A DNA stretch of 37,934 bases, taken from positions 1 to 37,934 of the IMG/VR virus record IMGVR_UViG_3300033067_000657; one strand, written 5' to 3'. Below are positions 32,351 to 37,934 of the stretch, piece after piece. Position 1 is the stretch's first letter, and the number at the start of each line of letters is the position of its first letter. The notes below the pieces were generated by a model. It was given only the letters and a program-made list of their open reading frames with translations, made no database searches and was not told the DNA's origin. The stretch is from a virus (Duplodnaviria; Caudoviricetes). A program made the translations under genes and the position numbers.

Positions 32351-34728
32351 TGACAATCTCCCCAGCTCTTCTCACTTGTTTTCACACCTACTGGAATAAT
32401 CAACGGATCGGCATAAGGCAGCGGGATAGAGCAATGTCGAGTAATTGCTGCGATACTCTCGTCTCGAAGTGATGTGGGGAAGCTGCCCGCGAGGCTATCG
32501 TGAACCTGAAGCAGTACTTTAATGTCTGGTTCGGAAGTATAGATAGCCTGATACCCTCGATTGATGAGGCAAGCAACGCTTGACTGTGGTATCCAAGCAA
32601 TGATTTCATTATCCAGGGTTCCCTCAATTCTATCGAATACGTAAATCCTGTATCCGAACACATTCTGGACATAGCCAACAGATCGGATTTGAGCTTTGAC
32701 ACGTTCCTGCCAATCCTTAATTTCCGGAAACTTTTGAAAATACCATTCCTGGATGCTAGCGACTTTGTCAGCCTCAAGGCCGATGCGTCCAGAGACTCCG
32801 CTAGCCGTTCCGAGGTAATTGGTAGCGTGGCATAGGGCTTTGAACATGGAATAGGCTGGGTGGGATTTGGTGATAGAATCATCTTGGTAGTATTCCTTAG
32901 CGACTTCGACGTAGGGTTTTTTACCTTCAGCGAACCATTGCTTCATGGCTGAGCAGTTGGACTCCCAGGTGACAATTCGGAGGTCTGCGCTGTCGAGGTC
33001 AATGTCAAAGAAGGTTTGGTCAGGGTCGGCTAAAAAGAGCTTGCGAACATTTGGGAGGTCTTCTTCCTCTTCACCAGTGGGAACATTTTGCAAATTCATT
33101 CCAGAGCCAAAAGCATCTTCTGAACTGGCGAAGCGATAGGTGTCTGTCCCAGAGATTTTATACTGACAGCGCATTCTACCATCAGTATCTACTGGAGCGT
33201 CTATAAAAGTAGACTTGAAGACTCCAAGCGATCTTCGGTTTGCTATTGCTTTAGTAACTGGTATAAGTAAAGGTTCTCTGGCGGCTACTAAAGTCAGGGC
33301 TGCGTCATCACAAGTAACGCCGCCGGTTTTACTTTTTTTATTCCTAATTGGCTTTTGCGCTAACTCTCTGTAGAAGAAATCAGCCATCTGTTTGGGGGAA
33401 TTTACATTTATCGGATGCCCAATAACATCAGTAAGGTAGTCATCCTTTATCTTAATTAACCCGGCAAGTTCCTCTGAGAAAGCTGCTTTAGCCTCATGGT
33501 TAGTCCGAAGACCGTCGATCATGGACTGGAGGACAGGCCAGAAGAGTGATTGTTGAAAGTCGTGGACGGCGCGGAGTTCGGGCCAGTCACCTGCAGTGAA
33601 CTCGTCGATCGTGCGTTGCTGCTCCGTGTCGATTTCATAGGTCCGAACGCAGTCTAGGCAGTTGTAGTTCCAAAGCTGGCGCTCTCCGAGCTTAGGGTCC
33701 CAGTTTTTGGACTCGTCCTTCCAATAGACATGATGGCCGCAGTAGAGGGAGGAGAGATAGTCCAGACCTTTGGGCATGTTTGAAAACATGGAGTGCTGAG
33801 CCAGCATAGTGTCGCGTTTGAAGTTGGGAATGAAGTGCAGATGGCGGTAGAAGTATTGAGCATCATAGATGAAGTTCTGCCCGATGATCTCAGCGTTTGG
33901 ATGGGTTAGGAGTTTGTAAAGCTGATAGGTGAGAAAGGCTTCTTCCTCTTCGAGCCAGTAGGAAGTTTGCGAAGGCTCAAAAGCTTGCTTTAGCTGAGGA
34001 AGGCATATCGCCTCGTGGTTAGACCAGGCGATGCCAGTGCAGGCAAGATGGCCCGATCGTGTTTCCACGTCCACTGAGAGCTTGGTTGGACCGCTCGCAA
34101 CTCTATCAAGTAACATGGACAGCGCCGAAGCCGCTTGCGTGAATGAGGGCTGAATGATAAAGTCATACGCTGGGGGTTCAGGAGGCGTCTCACAGTTTGC
34201 CAGTGCAATGGCTTTCCGAAAGTCATGAATAATAGTATTTCGCTCTTTCCAGACTGCTTGGACATAACTCGGATGATAGGTTGGGATGAGATAACATTCA
34301 TGACCTGACTCCGTGGTGTATCTCAGAAGGGACGATCGCCATGATTTAATACCTGTCTTACCAGTAAGAGCAAACAGAGTAGCTGCACCCAGCCCAAGGA
34401 TAATACGTGGTTTAACCAATTCAATATCGGCGCGCAGGCTTTCAAGGCCGCGAAGCAGCAAAGGGTCCACAAGCTTGTCATGCAGACTAACGTAGTCAGC
34501 AGGAGCATTTCTTTTAAGCGGGTGGATAAGGTTCTCGGCTGATTGTCCACGGAACTGTTCCTTGATTAAGGCAGTGACAAAGCAGGAGAAGCGAACCCCT
34601 CCTGCGGCTTCAAACATCTTGTCAAATTCTCGATCCTGGAGGATAGTGTTGGCTTGAAGATCGCGGTAGGATACTTGATCGGTTACGATCATTAGGCGAG
34701 CGTTCGCCGGGCCATAGGGCTGGATCAT
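32347..34728 (-). CDS. polA: Family A DNA polymerase with N-terminal UDG-like domain and 3'-5' exonuclease
   Basis: UDG-like P.II.LG..A and PTYHPS; exonuclease DVET, NFIYD, YNCLD; polymerase NLQNVP, DLDSADLR, KALCHATNYLG, QVHDSL. Confidence 0.95.
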   Translation of the reverse strand: MIQPYGPANARLMIVTDQVSYRDLQANTILQDREFDKMFEAAGGVRFSCFVTALIKEQFRGQSAENLIHPLKRNAPADYVSLHDKLVDPLLLRGLESLRADIELVKPRIILGLGAATLFALTGKTGIKSWRSSLLRYTTESGHECYLIPTYHPSYVQAVWKERNTIIHDFRKAIALANCETPPEPPAYDFIIQPSFTQAASALSMLLDRVASGPTKLSVDVETRSGHLACTGIAWSNHEAICLPQLKQAFEPSQTSYWLEEEEAFLTYQLYKLLTHPNAEIIGQNFIYDAQYFYRHLHFIPNFKRDTMLAQHSMFSNMPKGLDYLSSLYCGHHVYWKDESKNWDPKLGERQLWNYNCLDCVRTYEIDTEQQRTIDEFTAGDWPELRAVHDFQQSLFWPVLQSMIDGLRTNHEAKAAFSEELAGLIKIKDDYLTDVIGHPINVNSPKQMADFFYRELAQKPIRNKKSKTGGVTCDDAALTLVAAREPLLIPVTKAIANRRSLGVFKSTFIDAPVDTDGRMRCQYKISGTDTYRFASSEDAFGSGMNLQNVPTGEEEEDLPNVRKLFLADPDQTFFDIDLDSADLRIVTWESNCSAMKQWFAEGKKPYVEVAKEYYQDDSITKSHPAYSMFKALCHATNYLGTASGVSGRIGLEADKVASIQEWYFQKFPEIKDWQERVKAQIRSVGYVQNVFGYRIYVFDRIEGTLDNEIIAWIPQSSVACLINRGYQAIYTSEPDIKVLLQVHDSLAGSFPTSLRDESIAAITRHCSIPLPYADPLIIPVGVKTSEKSWGDCQ

Positions 34729-34793
34729 TATTCTTTCCCCTCAAAGATCATGCCGATGACGCTGAATAGCAGTAGCCAAAGCCAGAAAGACAT
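34728..34793 (-). CDS. 21-aa hydrophobic mini-ORF coupled to polA, absent from the ORF track
   Basis: MSFWLWLLLFSVIGMIFEGKE; fills the MTase-polA gap; TAATG overlap with the polA start. Confidence 0.45.
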   Translation of the reverse strand: MSFWLWLLLFSVIGMIFEGKE

Positions 34794-34797
34794 TGGG

Positions 34798-36114
34798 CTA
34801 AACCATCACAGGTTCATCGTCGAGGGCGTTGAGGCGCTTGACACTGATCCCGTAGTATTCAGGGTTCAGCTCCAATCCTGTCGCGTAAACCTTGCATTCA
34901 TGAGCTGCCGGGAAGATCGTCCCACTACCAGCAAAAGCGTCAAGAACGGTATCACCGGGCTGAGAGGAACGCCGGAGGAGGTTAACAAAGAGTTCGACTG
35001 GCTTGTTAGCCCCATGGCCCAGGTTTTCTTCGAGTTTACAGGGGATGACATCGGGGAAGATTCCTGTGACAGGCTTTTGGCCTTTGTTTGCGAAGAGGAT
35101 TAGCTCATAACAGCGGCGAGGACCGTGTTCGGGGAGAGGAACTCTGCCGGAGTTGAGCTTGTATTGGATCAGGGGAGTGCGGAAGACATACCAACCAGCA
35201 GACTCCATGAGGTGCTTGAGTTCGTGGAAGTTGTCGAGGTCGCAGAAGATGTAAGCATGGGCCTGAGGCTTTGCGACTTTGAAGGCTTGCGGCGCGAAGG
35301 CGGTCATGAGCTTGCGCCAAGAGGATGGGGTGTCGGAATACTGATGATCCGTCCCACCTAGTCTCCCTGACCCATCGCCGAACTTCTCAGCACCCATACC
35401 GTAAGGAGGGTCAGTGAGAATAACATCAAAAGTGTTGGCAGGGCAGGTGGATAGCCAGTCAAGACAGTCTGAATTGTGAAGTTGATGAACTGAACTATTG
35501 TAAGAAAGGCCAACAGTTTCAGCCAGCGCGACGGACTTCTTCCGTTCTTCCTCTCGCTTGAGGGCTTTGAAGGCTTCCTGGACATTTTTTGCTCCTGCGA
35601 TGACTGGGTTGGAGAGGTGATCCGCGAGGATTAGAGTTTGCCGACCTTCGGTATAGTTGGCAGGACCGGCTTCAGCGAGGGTGGCTGAAATTGGGTGAGC
35701 TTGGCCGATTATGGCAGCTTGGCTTTCGCGTAGGCGATGAAGACGGCCAAGGGCTTCGGAGCGCTCTTGCCAGGTGAGGTCACGGCGCTTGAGGTTCTCG
35801 TCTAGTTCGGCTTCTTCGGCTTCAATGGGGGAGAGGTCTCCAAGGGATACCGTGGGGACGATTTGAGGGGGGTAGGAGCGCCCATTGTGGCGGATAGGCT
35901 CTCCCATGGCCCAAAGGTCTTGCATTGCTCTAAGGCGTCTTTCACCGGCAACGAGACAAGGCCCATTTTCCGTATTCCGAATAACAACCGGGTGCAGTAA
36001 CCCAAGGTTCAGAATACTATTCGCAAGGTCAGTCAGTGCTTCGGGATCGAAGACTTGACGCTGGCGGTTAGAGGGGATGATTAGGTCGGAGAAGGGGGTT
36101 TCGTGGCTTAGCAT
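34798..36114 (-). CDS. ParB/Srx-like domain fused to a beta-class N6-A/N4-C DNA methyltransferase
   Basis: GLLHPVVI...LVAGERRLRA...EN..R; TDPPYG, H...KP, LDAFAGSGT, GLELN. Confidence 0.92.
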   Translation of the reverse strand: MLSHETPFSDLIIPSNRQRQVFDPEALTDLANSILNLGLLHPVVIRNTENGPCLVAGERRLRAMQDLWAMGEPIRHNGRSYPPQIVPTVSLGDLSPIEAEEAELDENLKRRDLTWQERSEALGRLHRLRESQAAIIGQAHPISATLAEAGPANYTEGRQTLILADHLSNPVIAGAKNVQEAFKALKREEERKKSVALAETVGLSYNSSVHQLHNSDCLDWLSTCPANTFDVILTDPPYGMGAEKFGDGSGRLGGTDHQYSDTPSSWRKLMTAFAPQAFKVAKPQAHAYIFCDLDNFHELKHLMESAGWYVFRTPLIQYKLNSGRVPLPEHGPRRCYELILFANKGQKPVTGIFPDVIPCKLEENLGHGANKPVELFVNLLRRSSQPGDTVLDAFAGSGTIFPAAHECKVYATGLELNPEYYGISVKRLNALDDEPVMV

Positions 36115-36497
36115 AATTTGCCTCCTGGCTGTGCGCGGTTAGAGAGTTTGTGATCGGCGCGCTGGGCGTTGTAGCGGACTTTCTCAACGAACGCGCCGCC
36201 GAGGTCTAGATCAAGATACCCGGCGAGTTCGAGGACTCTGATGATAACATCAGCAAGTTCAACTTCGACCATCGGGCGGTTGGACAGGTGATCGTCTTGC
36301 AAACCTTTCCGAACCCCTTCGGCGGCCTCAGCTATCTCCGTTACAATCAGCATCAGCATAACCATTGGATCACGTTTGATCTTCCGGCCAGTCTTCGGGT
36401 CTTTGAACCAACCGGCTTTGACATTATTCTCATAAATGGCTGGCGCGAGAGTGTTCAGCGCCAACTCCGCTAGGTCAAGTGTTGATTTGGCTAACAT
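36108..36497 (-). CDS. MazG-like nucleotide pyrophosphohydrolase
   Basis: LMLIVTEIAEAAEG.RK...D.HL...EVELADVIIR, K..YN..R.DH. Confidence 0.88.
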   Translation of the reverse strand: MLAKSTLDLAELALNTLAPAIYENNVKAGWFKDPKTGRKIKRDPMVMLMLIVTEIAEAAEGVRKGLQDDHLSNRPMVEVELADVIIRVLELAGYLDLDLGGAFVEKVRYNAQRADHKLSNRAQPGGKLC

Positions 36498-36514
36498 CCT
36501 AATCTCCTGAAGGT

Positions 36515-36549
36515 AAAAAAACCGGAAGGGGATTTGACTCCCCTTCCGG
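36515..36549 (-). terminator. Intrinsic terminator
   Basis: CCGGAAGGGGA stem followed on the minus strand by T7. Confidence 0.9.
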
Positions 36550-36583
36550 CTAGTGGGCTGGCTAGTGTGTGTTCAAGTGGGGC

Positions 36584-37036
36584 CTAGCCAGCCGAAGCGA
36601 TCTTCTTGATCTCCGGGAAGAGATCGTCGTTGACAGCCCGGTGGCTGACGAGAACCTTCGCCATCCTTCCAGCGATCATCGAGAAGGCAAAGGGCTCTCC
36701 TGGCTTGTTCATGTCCAGTGCTTCCCTGATCCTTCCCAGTCCGATGTTCTTCCCCTTGCCCATGTCGAGCTGGCCTGTCTCGGTCAGGTCCAGCATCTGG
36801 TCCTGCTTCACCTTGACGGTATCCCGATCGAGAAGCTTCTTGACGTTTTCGTCCTGGATATCCCAGATGATTTCAAGCTTCAAACCGCTGGATGATCCAT
36901 CCTTCGAGGCCCAGGTCTTCACATCGACCTTATCGGCAAGTGCGAGGTATTCTCCGGCAGGGCAGGGGACAGTCTTGGTGTCAAGCTGGCCTTCGACGGT
37001 CTGGTTGAGGAAAGTTGTGGGGTCGAATGTAGTCAT
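36584..37036 (-). CDS. Probable ssDNA-binding protein (DUF669-like OB fold)
   Basis: P.GEY.A, beta-rich core, LG.IREAL; adjacent to a Sak4-like ATPase; strong codon bias. Confidence 0.7.
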   Translation of the reverse strand: MTTFDPTTFLNQTVEGQLDTKTVPCPAGEYLALADKVDVKTWASKDGSSSGLKLEIIWDIQDENVKKLLDRDTVKVKQDQMLDLTETGQLDMGKGKNIGLGRIREALDMNKPGEPFAFSMIAGRMAKVLVSHRAVNDDLFPEIKKIASAG

Positions 37037-37111
37037 GGTTTTGGTGTCTTTCTGATTGATGGTTGAGTAATCTGGGACAAAGGCTGAGATAACCCCCGGT
37101 CCCTGCGAGGG

Positions 37112-37934
37112 CTATGGGAGTTGCGTGTTTTGGCTGTCCGCCACAGTTATAGTTTGTGGAACTTCGTTACGGCTGAGCCACTTTTCAAAGATCTGTTTGA
37201 AAGTGGGCTGGATCGTGGCAGAGATTGGAAGGTTGCGGGTTTTAAGGTCTGCCATCGGACTCGCCGTGTTCCAGGTCCATTTGTCTCCGGATCGTTCAGC
37301 AAGGATAGTGTCAGAGAACATCGCAGGGAGCTTTGGTGCGAGCTTCTTTCCAAGAGTGCTGACCATAAGCTTGACCCCTCCTAACACTTCATCCACTTCA
37401 CGTTCGACATGAGCAAGAAGAACAAAATGACAAGGGCAATTGTCACAAAGCATCCTGACAATCTTCTCCACCTGGTCTTGGGCAATTCCCCAGTCGGATT
37501 GATTCCGGACAGCTTTTCCCCCAACCACGAGAGCCATAGCACACTGAGAGATTCCAGTAGCGCCATCAATAACGAGAACTCTGGATTGGTCCCACAAATT
37601 GACGGGTCCATAGGTTTCTCCGGTCCTGTCATCGGGGAAGTTGTTCAAAGCCTCCAGGAGGGATACGAATTGATTATGCTTAGACTTGTTCGGATCGGTC
37701 ATCTTGGCAAGTGCCTCGAGGCCCAGCATGTTGATGTTCTTCGCGTTGAGGATCATTTGGCTGAAATCTGCTGAAGGAGCTGCCACCTTGTGCCAATGGA
37801 GGTTCTTTGGGATTGGCTTTCCGGCGTCGGTCCAATATCCCGTAAGGCTTTCCATGCCTGACTCCAGCGCGAGATAGAAGACCTCAATTCCGAGGTCGAC
37901 CAGTGTTCCGACAGCATAGGTTTTTCCTGTTCCA
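37112..37934 (-). CDS. Sak4/AAA_24-like recombination ATPase, 5' truncated by the window
   Basis: Frame is open to the edge with Walker A ...GTGKT at about 37919-37933; VLVIDG, DWG, VLLAH, P.MFSD. Confidence 0.85.
   Translation of the reverse strand, partial: GTGKTYAVGTLVDLGIEVFYLALESGMESLTGYWTDAGKPIPKNLHWHKVAAPSADFSQMILNAKNINMLGLEALAKMTDPNKSKHNQFVSLLEALNNFPDDRTGETYGPVNLWDQSRVLVIDGATGISQCAMALVVGGKAVRNQSDWGIAQDQVEKIVRMLCDNCPCHFVLLAHVEREVDEVLGGVKLMVSTLGKKLAPKLPAMFSDTILAERSGDKWTWNTASPMADLKTRNLPISATIQPTFKQIFEKWLSRNEVPQTITVADSQNTQLP

Noticed and set aside
36109-36119. TAGCATAATTT half-site-like sequence
   Set aside because: It lies in a coding overlap and has no second half-site.
1-37934. Prophage/temperate features, tRNAs, phage RNA polymerase, diversity-generating retroelement
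   Set aside because: No integrase, CI/Cro pair, cloverleaf, T7-type RNAP, reverse transcriptase or template/variable repeat pair was recognised, though part of the genome lies outside the window.

Overview
This window is most of a lytic-looking, short-tailed (podovirus-type) dsDNA bacteriophage genome, cut inside a gene at the right edge and at a gene start at the left edge. The + strand carries a short early block (8817-9959), a ~0.9 kb skewed non-coding region, and a late operon (11027-30714). The late operon encodes the terminases, portal, scaffold, major capsid, tail adaptor/nozzle, ejection proteins, tail fibre and an M15 endolysin lysis module. The - strand carries the replication/recombination module (Sak4-like ATPase, SSB-like protein, MazG-like pyrophosphatase, ParB-methyltransferase fusion, UDG-like/PolA fusion, HNH endonuclease, DUF3987-type helicase) and, at 89-8283, a Dda/RecD-like helicase plus many small mosaic genes. 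No integrase, tRNA or CRISPR array was seen. The main unexplained signal is a degenerate 30-bp palindrome (RGGCAYRATTT-N8-AAATYRTGCCY) read by eye at six intergenic control points: over two promoters, between divergent early promoters, upstream of the late promoter, right after the capsid stop codon, and at the hairpin-less convergent junction of the two arms. Other highlights are a diverged paralogue pair in opposite-facing promoter-gene-terminator cassettes, a PolA with unusual active-site residues (His762, Asp710, Tyr754 in E. coli numbering), and four small ORFs missed by the ORF track. All family assignments come from recognising motifs by eye, not from database searches.
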